From the NCBI GenBank assembly GCA_977030845.1, contig OZ365110.1, positions 18,972,001-19,036,000 on the forward strand: a DNA stretch of 64,000 bases, given 5' to 3'. A program made the translations under genes and the position numbers. The notes beneath the pieces are model-generated. The model had not been told where the DNA came from. It searched no databases and saw nothing but the letters and a program-made list of their open reading frames with translations. Shown here piece by piece: positions 1 through 12,861 of this stretch. Each line of letters begins with the position of its first letter. The stretch's first letter is position 1. Source of the DNA: Fimbriosthenelais zetlandica. Its lineage: Eukaryota.

Positions 1-3000
1 CAATGGAGTATATAGAAGACGCCTCTTTGATGTTAGATCTTGTCAATGGTAACAACTAGATACTAACATTAGCTCAAAGAAAAAACTAACACTTGTGTCA
101 TTAATGAACCGTGAAAAGCACAATCTCTCAGTGGTATAGGCTACGGGATTCTTAAAGCTTAAACACTCAGGACTGCTTTTCATGACAACATACTTATTTT
201 CAAGTCCCAAGCTTAAGTTCATTACCATCTTTTGAGGCGGCGCTTTGACCATGAACGTAAGAGGAAAATAGGCACATGAATAGAGGATGTTAAAATATCG
301 ATAAATCAATGTTAGCTTCCTCTCATCTGTAAAGGAAGGCGGTGGCCAGTAAACTTTCATCTGACTTTGCAGCAATTTCATAAAGAGCTTAAGCGTAGCA
401 AAGCACTGGCTAATGAAAAACAAAAGCCACGACCAAAAAAGAGCAGAGCAGGCCACTATTCACCCGTGTTTTAGTTATGCATGGCCCTTTTTTGTGAGCT
501 ATAAACCATGTAATGCTCGCCTCTTTTGAGCTGCTCCTGGAGCTGCTGTGAATAGATTTCTGGCGAGATACTGTTATTGTCGAGGGAAAAAGGTCCATGC
601 TTATTTATACCACCGCGTCTCATCTTATTTTGCGAACCCCCAAAAAAACTATGCTGAAGTCTCTATTCTGTGATATATTTATATTGACAAAACTTGATTC
701 ATGAAGTCCTTTGTTTACGAGACGTTGAGAAAGTGGAGAAAGGAATGAGGTAGGGCTTCAACCCCAATAAATATGAGGCCAAGAAAACATTTAATATCGA
801 ATGCATTCATTGCAGTTTACGATTTAAGTGTGGAATTGCAATTTAAGTCAAGAATCAACTTCGGCTCTGGACACAAAGCTGGCTTTTACCGAGATGCCAT
901 AGCCCGCCATCCTCTAGTAAAGTCTTCTGACTACTCCGTGCTCACTACAGTGGAGAATCTTCCATTTCCAACAAAATCCCATCCGCGGGATCTAAAGCCA
1001 AGTGGAAAAGAGACACAGAAACAATCAGTCATGCTGTCTAACCACCTTAGCACAAGGGGGTGAGATATCGATCTGGGTGCGACACCCTCCCACCTCACCC
1101 ATCCCTTCTTCCACTTTTACCCCGAGCCCTTTAGATACCCCCTTCCCTCACCCCCTTTCCCTTTTCTATTGAGTCATGTTCTCAGCCGATAGAGTCATAG
1201 TGAGATACTTTCAACCATTGCTCATCCACAGCCTTATTCAGTCGTCATTACCTTTATAGGGAGTTGCTCGCTTCGTATTGAAGGCCCCTCCGCGGCTGGA
1301 GCAGCTCGATAAGAGGGAGAGGCGGGAGAATCATTGCATGGCAAATGGGGTCCACCAACCTTGAAGTAACACCTTCCCAGTCTCTTTGCTCAGAACTAAG
1401 ATTGCAGTAGATGGAAAAAAGCTCGGGAGTGGCTGGAGGTGGTATGATGGATTGATGGATAGGGGTATATGGCAAGATGAGGGATGGCAGAATTCCATGT
1501 CCTTCTTCTGTTCTTCGTTCTGTGTCATTGACACTGGGAGCGCTGGAGATTATCAAAACTAATGGGATGATGAATAGCCCTTCTATATTAAGACAATTGT
1601 AATGGATCAGCAGCTATAAAACACCAGGGAATTATGGAATATATATAATGGTTCATTGAACAAATAAGATATAAATCGTGAAGATGGATGTTGTGGCATT
1701 TTCTACAAACATGTGAATGTGCCCTCGTATACGCCTGATGTATAAGCACTAGTAATATACAGGGGCTAGAGCCCCATCGGAAAATAAATGTACTTTCTAA
1801 GCTAAAACAAAATAGCAAGAACAATCCTCGTCTATAATAGACTAGGCTAGATGATGAATTTATAAGATATTTCTTTACGTCTGGCCACATGCACTGGGTG
1901 GAAACGTAATCACTGACTGCTTCCTACACACCACATGCTAGCACTTAATAACAGCGGGTCATAACATGTCTAGCATGGAATTTAATGCAAGGCAAAACGG
2001 TGCCAGTCTTAAGATTTAATAAAAAGAGACCGATAATCCAGAGCGATTCAATAATAATAGGCCCACTTCCATTCTATAATTGATGCAACACATTCCATGG
2101 GCAAAGGTCTAATAGCAGAACAAATGATGCAACACATTTCATAGGGAACAAGGCAAAGGAACGGTCAAATTCCACACTGTTTCTTCATGCTATTTCACCA
2201 AAGCAGTGGATGCCATTTGTAAAAGGATGGGGCAAACATGTTTCTAATCCATAGTAAAAGGTCGAAGCTGGTACAGAACCCTTGCACCCTGGGATGTGGC
2301 ATTTTGAAATTTCAAAGGTGATGTGAAGGTCAAATAAAACGTGCCCTATATTCGATGGCAATAGGAAAATGGTATAGTTTAATCAAATTTCACCCTTATG
2401 GGAAATGTTCAAATCGCCCCCTATTAGTGTCACAAATTTCTTTTCAAATATGGCCCAACAATATCTAGCTTGAAAGACATGGCCAAGAAGATCTCAGTGA
2501 CGTTTCAATACCTGTCAAGTATCTAAAGATAATATCAACTCAATAAGATGGCCGCTTACTTGACGGCAGACGAGGGTTCAGGTCTCAATGATTAAATTAA
2601 TGTAAAAGGGAATTGAACCTTATAGGCTACTCGCTCGCTACCTTAATGTATCCACAGCCAAATACCAGGAGAGCCCCAAGATGTGGATCTACGATATCCA
2701 GAACGACAAGAACCCAAGAAATAATTGAATCAGAGCCGTTAGGGACTAACGTTATGGGGCCAGTTCTGTCCTATGAGACAAAGATATGCTAGAAAAAGGA
2801 ACGCCAGGACAGGCTCCTAGAGATTAGGAAAACCCACTGGGATTATCCAAGAGGATCCTGTATTGTCTACTTGAGATCCAGAGTAGGCCTAACAGAACTG
2901 AGAAAGTGTGCAAAATTCAAGAATCAAAGGTTTGCTTATAGGTACTGAAACAATAATGTCTTCAGGTGATATCACAGACAAATCAGTACCAGTGATTGAC

Positions 3001-3299
3001 CTTTAGAGTTGCGTCAAAATATAACATAGGAGCAGCTGCACACTCCCCAACTACCGACAAACCAAGTCATAAATATGATAAAAATGACCGAGAAGAGCAA
3101 CTCCAGACCAATCCATTATCGCTCAGAATTTATGGCCAGGCATTTAATCAACTTTCAACAAATAATCCCAATCCAGACAACTCTAATCTAGAGTAGCCGT
3201 ATTATTGCATTCCATAGAGGCAGTCAGGCAGAAAGATAAGCCTGGCTGGCTAATCGGAACATTTACATTGGGTAGTTGAGATAGCAGCTATCTACCTGA

Positions 3300-4760
3300 C
3301 CCTGGAGTTGAGTTCCATCTCTCCGATGGGAAGCGACTGATGTGCTTGTGATTTAAATTTCAGAGATTTCAATATGGATTCAGCTTCCATGAGGCTGAAC
3401 ATACACAGTCGGGGGTCTTTCTCCATGAAATGAATTACTGTTCAAAACAACCTTACTAATTGTGAATAATCACTGTAATAATTTGTTCTATCGCTACAAA
3501 AAGTGGGAGCAATACCATTTACATATTAAGCCTGTCAAACACATTTTTCACAAATTTTATAGATACTGATTGGGGCCACTGATTGGTACAGGTCTATTTA
3601 GGATAGGGCTTAGGGGATAGAGAGATATCAGCGGCAGCATCAGGATACCCAGATTTACTAGGAAAGCTGTTGCATATAATGATGGATTAGAAAGGCTCTA
3701 AAAGCCCTATCAGCAAGCAGACCGAGAAGTCAACCTAAAGAGTCTACACAGCCAAACCTGAGATGTTACAAGCTAGAGATGATCTATGTGAACACTTATT
3801 CCAGGCGATAGATCTCATACCAGATTGCCTTCCACACAAAAGAATGTTACACAAGCCCCCGAGGACAATCTTTGATCTCTAGGAGTTGAATGTTACTCGG
3901 CCTTAGTAATGACTTTCACCCGACATTGACACCCCCGCCTGGAACAATAACCATTCATCCCTCAAGACAATGCACAAAGCCCTGGTGTATTCATGGAATC
4001 GCTGGCATGGGACCGTGGAAGGACTTGGTCACTGACCCCTAGTAAAGATCCAATCCACGGGATGGCTGCCCTGGGATTTACCATAGCGTAAAGGCTCTGG
4101 GATATTTATGTCAAGGGGTAAATAATTAAAGCACCCTGATAAGGCCAAAGCTGGTGTTCTTCCGATACGGCATCCAGTGATTATTAAATGTCTATGATCT
4201 GCAATAAAATCAATGGTTTGGTAGTGACCCACTAAAATATGGCCATGAACGTCATGTAAACTCATTTGCAGAATACAGAAATGGTAAATCAATGTTTAGG
4301 AGCAAGTTACAAAATATCTAAGGCCATGCCATAACACCAATTTCTATAGGGCTTCCCAACACTGGGGACAAATGAAATTCCCTGCCCTATGGAAAGGTAC
4401 GGGCACCCATATTTTGCCCCAAGTGATACAAAGATATCCCTACATCCCCAGGGCTGGTGGTGGCTGAAGTTGATAAGCACATGAACCTATCAAATGCAAT
4501 CAGATGTCCCTGCTGCTGTTATGTGGAGGGTATGGAGGGACCTCCCTCTCCAGGGGTTCTGTCTAGAATGTATGCATCTCTCTTGGTCCCTGGTTTAAGC
4601 TCCTCGTCATCGAGCTGACAGATAAGGTTTAGAGCCCCCATCAACCTCACCAGAATGATTTGTGTGGTCCCAAGAAATTGATATAGAGATGAGAGCTGAG
4701 CCCACAGGCCGTTAATATAGGAAGGCCTCCACCAGTCAGTCGTCCCTCCCTCTGTCACCA
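3300..4760 (-). mobile_element. Highly degenerate DIRS/Ngaro-like (tyrosine-recombinase retrotransposon) remnant
   Basis: Minus-strand fragments, broken by stops and frameshifts, fall in the expected order. A gag-like stretch (TDWWRPSYI...QLDDEELK, 4520-4760) is followed by RNase H-like NIQLLE (about 3877-3894) and GYPDAAADISLS (about 3615-3650, cf. PGxxNxxADALSR). Family assignment is from memory of motifs; boundaries approximate. Confidence 0.4.
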
Positions 4761-7700
4761 CAGGTCTGTGCTACCAGTCATTTACAGAATATTATTATGG
4801 CTATCATGGACCTCCAGCACTTGCTAAATTTGTGCTGAATCATTCAGTATTTGCCAGGCTGTACACTAAACCAACGCTGCACATAATATTAGACCCATAG
4901 ACACATGCAGTTAACTAAAGGTTAAACATGAATAGTCAGAGCTATACAGGATTCAAATAATCCAAGAAGCATTTATAAAACATGCTAAAGCTTATGTTAC
5001 TATGTGAACCAGAGACAGCGACCTTTCGAGGGAGCAGACGAACTGCGAGACTTTACATGCAAATAGAGTACATAGATTTTATATACTGTGTCTAGACACC
5101 CCAATAATATCTGTTCATTTATCTATTTTCATTAAATCCATTCAATAATCTTTGCTGTAGGCCACATAGTACTATAAATACCCTATGGCCAGCTTGAGAA
5201 CAGGCTGTTCAACTGATATCACAAATGTAGATTTTTGCATGTATTTTAGCAATAGCATGCCACATAAATTCTAATAATGCCACAGAAATTTGTGTGTTCT
5301 GTGTGGGATGGTTATAACTTTAGAGTAATATTTTACTCCAAGCTATAAGTATAACAGAGGCTCTGGGTGGATCGACCTCGGTCATTCTGAGGCAATCAAA
5401 CGAGTACAGGAGACGAACTAAAGCTGTTTTTTCTAATTGTTTCCAAAGAAATATGGTCCATGCTTAGAGTAAAATCTCAGGTCCATGTTATATATGGCCC
5501 ATGGGTATCAATTTCAGTGACAGAGTGGTACAATTAATTTCAATGATAAAAAGTTCTCTCAGTCTTCACATTACTGGCATTTGTATACCAATACATAAAT
5601 TTGCATTATTTGTACAAATTCTCATTTTGGTATAGAACATTAACCATTAGATGGTAAAAGGCATTTTGCGGGGACACTTAATTATGATTTAATGTTAGAT
5701 TCTTTCCATCAAATTAAACCAGAGCCTCGAGATAAGGTTACCCTGTTAAAACTGCGATCAATAACTTTCAGTCAGCAATGGGACCTAGCGAAATGGCAAA
5801 CGAGCTGCCTATCAAATTAATTAATATTTTAATTAGTTGCTATAACATTCCAGTTGTATGTTGACTGGTCCATTTTGATCAATTTACAATGGCAGTCGGT
5901 ATCACTATGCATCCATTTGCAAAGGCAGTCAGAAAAGCTTCAGATCCCGTTCCTATGTCTGGAATATATATATAAACTACAGTATAGAGAGTGAACTGCG
6001 CCTATTATTGAATTTGCATTGATTTACTTGATAGTGGTACGGCCCCCAGCTCTCACCAAATGCAATGAGTAATTGAGTCCAGGTGAAAATACATCACCAA
6101 TCTCTTACTTCTAAAAACACCGGGTAAGTGTTGGTCCATTAAGGAGGGGTAACTGGAGAGGGATCCATCAAATCCAAACAGCAGGTTACTGGTCTACACC
6201 AAAACCTGACCACAGGATGACGAAAAAAGACACGGCAGCTTCATCTGACCTCAGTGTTCCAAGCATGACTCCCACCCACACAAGAGATATATAGTTGTTC
6301 CAATCTCATCGGATGCGCTCACATTTGGTGCAGGTGAGGGGTGACCTTTTCAAAAGGACAATATTCTATGAGTGTTTTAGACCACTGATGATTGTCATAA
6401 ATTTATTATCTCGGCAATTTCTCATAACCATTTGTTCATATTCATAGGATTGGTTCAGGTATCGCTCCCAACTTAGAGTAACTCTAAGCTCCCAATAAGT
6501 CTTTGATATGGAGACTAGCAACAACTTATATGAAACATTGACATCAACACTGACCCCTATCAATCTTAATAGTAAAATCAAGTATTTAAGGTAATAACAA
6601 AGTAGGAAAATAACTTATACATATATAGTACTTCATAATAATATCCCTTTCACTGGTGTGGCCAGAATGTTGAAGAAAAGGAAGCTGCATGGTGGGCCTT
6701 ACTAGTTGCCATATTACTACTATTCTTGACCAAGATGGCCGTCATACCCCAAATGATCCCAACCAACCAAATATAGCCCTTTTTGATGCTTGAATTTGTA
6801 TCATGGATTCTGGAAAGTGAGAATATGCCTCCTCTCATGAATCATGATCCAAGAGGCATGTGTCTCTGGGTATGGAAAGATATGACGTGCATGCCTTACA
6901 AGTGTTAAAATATGAATAGACGAAAGTGGGCACAGGTCTCCCGTGCCCATCAACTCGATGACAGAATTATGGGGTCGGAAATCAGTATATCATGCTGGAA
7001 GATACGGTAGACAGGCACTGGTTAGCAGTGCACTGAACACAACACCACTTCCCAGTCCACCCTTATCGACAAGCTCAGGGCTATACAGAACAGGGCCCAA
7101 AACTGATTCAACAGGACCACGCGAGGGCCCGTCTCCTCACTCCTCATGTACATGGCCGGCACGTCCACAGTTCAACACATTCACATTGTGACCCTTTTTT
7201 ATGTCCTTCAAGACAAAAAGCCCTTCCCGACCACGTGCTATAGTTTCAAATCAAGGACCAAGAGCATGTGAGTGAAGAGAGTCGGGGCAGATGCCATGGC
7301 GCTGAAAAAATGCATCCAATTAATGGATCCAATTGTCTAATGCATCATGTGATAAAGAAACTGGGTGTTACTTCGTGCGACTGAAAGCCTTTATAGATTT
7401 AATAGTATCCGGTCATTTTATAGTAACAAACCAGATGCGGTACACGCAGAAGGAGGCGACGAAATATGAAGATACAGTGTCTACTCGGGTTGTACATGAT
7501 CGATAGCTGTATACATTATACATGCCATCTTGGAGTAAAAACCTGAGATCCGGTCGAGACCGGAGAAACCACTGCCCAACAACACAGATAACAGTGTCTC
7601 TTTCACTTGATATTGGAGCTGAAACACGTGGTTTTTATTGCGCGTCTCTCAACCCAGAAAGGCAATTCCACCCGGAGTTACGACCTGGCAACTAAAAACA

Positions 7701-10700
7701 TATGATTTAAGAGTCAACTGACCACATGTGACACGGCTAGAGGGTTGTTACCTGAAACCCCAGTCCAATTTATCAACAGAGAGACGCTGTAAACGACCTC
7801 TCACTGTCAGAGGCACTGGTCAATCATCCAGGACTTAACCATCAAAATGGCCACCACCTCACGCCAAATACACAGGCCACCACTATCTCTGGTACTCAGC
7901 TGAACACGTGACCGACACTCCACTTTGACCCCTGAGAGTGACCTCTGAACTGAAGAGTGTCAACCCTGACATCCGGGAACTATAGATGTCCCCGAAAAGC
8001 CCCAAGACCCTTTGTGTACATATTGCCATAAAGATAGCAGATTAGGGATACTCAGAATAAGAATTTTCTGACCCATAAATGTATAGCTCCTAATAAGTCT
8101 AATAAGTCACTAATGAACCATTTGGTGAAAAAAATATTTCTTTTCCCAAGCCGAGGTGATAAAGACAGTATAATAATAAAAATGGTTGATGGTGGGAGTG
8201 CAAGACTATAACATTGCAGGCGTCCTTGCATTAAGTTACATTCGGCTAATTTAATCAGTGCAATAGCGGAGTATTCCTGCTCATCCGTACTGAAGACAAC
8301 AGTGACTGTGATGGCGTGAGGTGACAGTGATTTGCCTGGTTTACTTACTTCTTACTGTTGCCTCTCATTCGCTGTGATTAATGACCTGTCAGAGAGGAAA
8401 TAACAAGGACCAGCCTGCTCAGGAACCATTCACATTTCTTCCTGAATCAGGAAGGAAATCTGTCACCGTCATCCGAGGTTTTATTTTCATGAAGACAGAT
8501 GTTCTGGTTAATTCAAAAGTTACATGTGCATGGCTTAGTGAAATGATGGGATCTTGTTTCGAGAGGGCAACGTTCCTTCATATAGTGCACCCACATGTCT
8601 ATTTTTCATTATTTTATGTAATAGACCGGGTTCAGGTAGGATGAAAATAATCTCGGATCAGAGGCCATTTATGATAAGGTCGATGACTTATAGGTCGATG
8701 GTTTAATGGAGGGCCCTTCCATCAATTTCCATTCCCCTTGAGGTCAATCCATCAGATGATTTGTCTCCATATATCAGCAGACTTGAATGTCCCCGAGCAC
8801 AGTACTGTAAAATTGAATTCCGCCTGATTCCGATTATGAAATAATGCCTGAATCTCGATATTACCATCAGATACCAAGACACCATCCTGAGTGGAAGGCA
8901 GCCATATGGGAAGATGGGTATCTACAAGAGAGCCCTGAACCCATGGCTTTACCATTGACCACTGACCACTGAGAAGTATCCATTTGACAGGGAATGCCAG
9001 GTGGCATGTAGGTGGACACCACACAAGCTGTCTTTAAGTGTCATCAGATGCTCTCAGTTCCCAAATGCAAGAACCAGGCATGGATACTTGAAGCGTCTCT
9101 CTATACAACTATACAGGCCCTGCGAAATAAGCCCCAGACTCTACCACATACATGACCCGTTTCTTGTGCATCAAAACATTCATGCGTTCTCAGAAAATAG
9201 GCATTTTGGGTTGAGTTTTTTTACTCCATGGGTGGTGGCTATATTTCTGAGAAGACCTGATGATCTCAGATTAAGTATAGGCTAATCTCAGCTGGAAGTG
9301 ACAAGCCCTGTGGTATGGTAAGGTGGAATGGGAACCGACTGCTTGAAGGAGTTTTTTATGTGTAGAGTTAGGTCTGTTGTTCTTCCTCATTTGTCTGGTG
9401 ATGAATCTTTTATCTATTTGAATTGATATTGATCACCTGCAGCTCCCAGCTGTGGTCTTCCCACAGTGGCTATACTCGAGGCATCCCGACTATAGTAGAA
9501 AAACATGTTCACAATTTCATTCTGCAGCCCCAGGCCACAACCATGCTGGTAGAGCCAATACGAATCCCAGTATAGAGGATAGAATGTACATATATCAGTT
9601 ATGTATAGAATTCTGCTCTGTACATCAGCCATAAGAACATGGGATCATTCCGATAGCAAGTAATGCAGACATTGGTGGAATGAGGTCAATTCTATCAGAG
9701 ACAAAAAGTCTGACAAAAAATTCGGGGTATATTCAGCATGATCAGCACACTCAAAAAGGCATTTTATTAGATAGGATGTCCCTGTATACTTCAAATTCTT
9801 CCAATTCCCTGAATCAAGGCTATCGATTCGCCCCTTCAAAAATATATTGAAAATAGATATTTCTCTGTTGTTTGCTTGATATATGGTTCAATACATGTCC
9901 TTCAAATGACAGACGGATGTCAGATATACCAGTAGTAGCCTTTGTGTCATAGTCTCGGGTCAGAGTTGGGTCAGATCATGGCAACTTTTCAGCGCGGGGT
10001 CAGAGGTCAAGCCCTGGAGAGTTTCAATATCTTCTCCCGGGTCGGTACTGTTGGTCTCCCAGGAGTAACACTGGTAAGGCCCCCAACTCAGGTTTCTTCC
10101 CTGCTAGTCTATCTTCCAACCCCAGTGGCACCCATGCATGCAAAGACATCATATCAATTTCATGAGTGCTCGTATATCTTTGCTGCAAATCTCGTTTATT
10201 TAACTGCCAGCTTTGACTGGTGGCCACAGACATTGAAAAATATAATATGATATCATGAAATCTCTATTATTTCTCAGACAAGGTTTGGTCACTACTATCA
10301 GACCTTATTATGATTATGGCATAATAATCAAACAAAGAAAATACAGAGTTGTCTAGGAATTTCTAAAAGTTGGCATTAAATTCGAAAAATTGAAATGGAA
10401 TGACCTCGTTTAGGGATCAGTGCCAATGAAAGGTTGAAGTTTCAATGACTGTTGCTCTCATAAATGTTTGTAAGGATCTAACCATGGCGCCATATTTATT
10501 GGCACATCCAAGCTCTTAAATATATTCATGGTCCTAAAAAGGGAATTGTATATCATTAAACCGCTTAGTAAAAAGAATATATTATTATGATTTATGCCAT
10601 AAGACAGGCACAATAAAGAGCTTTAATTAGCTACGCTCATTAATCTGCATTAACGAAAATAAAAATATTTTTGTCCCAATCGATTTTCCTCCAGCACATG

Positions 10701-11216
10701 GATGTATACCGTAGAATGAGTTAGTTGATTAGGGGAAGGCATCTTTTTAAGAGTATACTTTCTAGATCCCCATCTGAATGAATGATTGCCTTGAATTACA
10801 ACTTTAATATATTGAGTGGTATAAGACGAGGGAGGCACTATACGAGCTAATGGCAGCGTCGTCCACTCATGCGATTCATCACCGATCCTGGTGGAATTCT
10901 GATCCTTACTTATCAGCTCGTAAACACACACTTAATTGACACATACATCAGGGGCTGTGTTCCTAACAAGGATCCACAAGGAGATTCCAAGCATACCACG
11001 TATGATCAGTGATCTATACAGTGAAGAAACTTAACAAGATATCATACAAAAATGAGGCTTTCTGCTTTCTATACCAGAGATTAAAAAAATCTTTCTGAGA
11101 TAAAATCACCTACCTTCTTTTTCAAACCAACCAATTTTAATGCGTTACGATAACTCACCTGAAAATTAAAAAAAAGTCATTTAGAATGATTTTCGTAAAT
11201 TAAAACATGGGTCATT

Positions 11217-12861
11217 TATGGGGCGCCAAGTGTTACCTTTTATATTTCGTACTTCAATTATTTATTTCGATACGAAATATTTTTTATTTTGTACCACAAT
11301 TAAAATTCCGTGGACGGAATTTTAATTAATTTTAATTCCGTGGACGGAATTTTAATTAATTTTAATTCCGTGGAAGGAATTAATATTCCGTGGACGGAAT
11401 TTTAATTAATTAATATTCCGTGGAAGGAATTAATATTCCGTGGACGGAATTAAAATTAATTAAAATTCCGTCCACGGAATATTAATTCCTTCCACGGAAT
11501 TAAAATTAATTAAAATTCCGTCCACGGAATTAAAATTCCGTCCACGGAATTAAAATTCCGTCCACGGAATTAAAATTCATTAAAATTCCGTCCACATAAT
11601 TTTAATTCTGTAGACGGAATTAAAATTTCGTTGACGGAATTAATTAATTCCGTCCACAGAATTAAAATTTCGTTGACGGAATTAATTAATTCCGTCCACA
11701 GAATTTTAATTCTGTAGACGGAATTAAAATTTCGTTGACGGAATTAATTAATTCCGTCTATTTCCTTCAACCACCATAAGGTGGCAGCACTCTCTTCAAA
11801 AACCTGTTAGGCCTAGGGCCTACTTGATTCAGGTGACAGTGATTCACTCCTAGCCTAGCGACCAATGTGAATAATTACCACTGCGCATGCGCGATCATGA
11901 CCCAGTTATGATGTCACGGGGTCACCGTTACCAAAGCGCCGCTCCCAAGCACTGACGTCAGGTTCCCGCCATGTGTCCGCTATGACGTGCTGATCGCCGA
12001 CAGGGCTACTGGCGCTTTTATTTCTTATTTTTAAGCTATTTATTATAGTCATCGGATCTACCAATGGGACTTAGCATATGCTCTAAATGGACCAACTTTT
12101 ATTATGTGATACTGATCATTGGTGAGAGTGCTTTTCTTGGGCGGGGCAAAGGTGGTGACGTAGGGGAACTCATGGCAATACTGGGGGAGCTATGACAACA
12201 CAACGTTATTAGTTGTCTTGATGTTGCAGGACTCATGGCGACAGCAGATCAACTCTGACAACAACTTCGTTTCTCTAGGTTTTACAATCCCTGAACGTGC
12301 TGCCACCTTATGTTGGTTGAAGGAAATAGACAGAATTAATTAATTCTGTCAACGAAATTTTAATTCTGTGGACGGAATTAATTAATTCCGTCAACGAAAT
12401 TTTAATTCTGTCTACACAATTAAAATTCTGTGGACGTAATTAATTAATTCCGTCAACGAAATTTTAATTCCGTCTACAGAATTAAAATTCTGTGGACGGA
12501 ATTTTAATTAATTTTAATTCCGTGGAAGGAATTAATATTCCGTGGACGGAATTTTAATTAATTTTAATTCCGTGGAAGGAATTAATATTCCGTGGACGGA
12601 ATTTTAATCAAGTTTAATTCCGTCCACGGAATATTAATTCCTTCCACGTAATTAAAATTCATTAAAATTCCGTCCACGGAATATTAATTCCTTCCACGGA
12701 AATTAAAATTAATTAAAATTCCGTCCACGGAATTTTAATTCCAGACGAAATAAAATAAATTGAAACAAAATTAAATAATTGTGGTACAAAATAAAAAATA
12801 TTTCGTATCGAAATAAATAATTGAAGTACGAAATATAAAAGGTAACACTTGGCGCCCCATA
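11217..12861. mobile_element. Foldback-type non-autonomous DNA element with about 570 bp inverted arms
   Basis: TATGGGGCGCCAAGTGTTACCTTTTATATTTCGTACTTCAATT at 11217 is the reverse complement of the sequence ending at 12861. Inner arm ends also mirror (TTTCCTTCAACC...GGTGGCAGCAC to 11790 vs GTGCTGCCACC...GGTTGAAGGAAA from 12297). Arms are arrays of AATTCCGTGGACGGAATT-type units. GTCATTT flanks both ends (11211-11217, 12862-12868) as a candidate TSD. Confidence 0.88.
11791..12296. promoter_or_regulatory. Unique CpG-containing core of the foldback element with promoter-type motifs
   Basis: TGCGCATGCGC (NRF1-like) at 11882-11892, TGACGTCA (CRE palindrome) at 11953-11960 and GGGCGGGGC (GC box) at 12139-12147, in a CpG-containing segment within otherwise CpG-poor DNA. 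Function inferred from motifs only. Confidence 0.4.

Noticed and set aside
11300-12740. Regularly repeated palindromic units resembling a CRISPR array
   Set aside because: Eukaryotic context, spacers are AT-only near-identical linkers rather than unique sequences, and no cas genes; explained as foldback arms.
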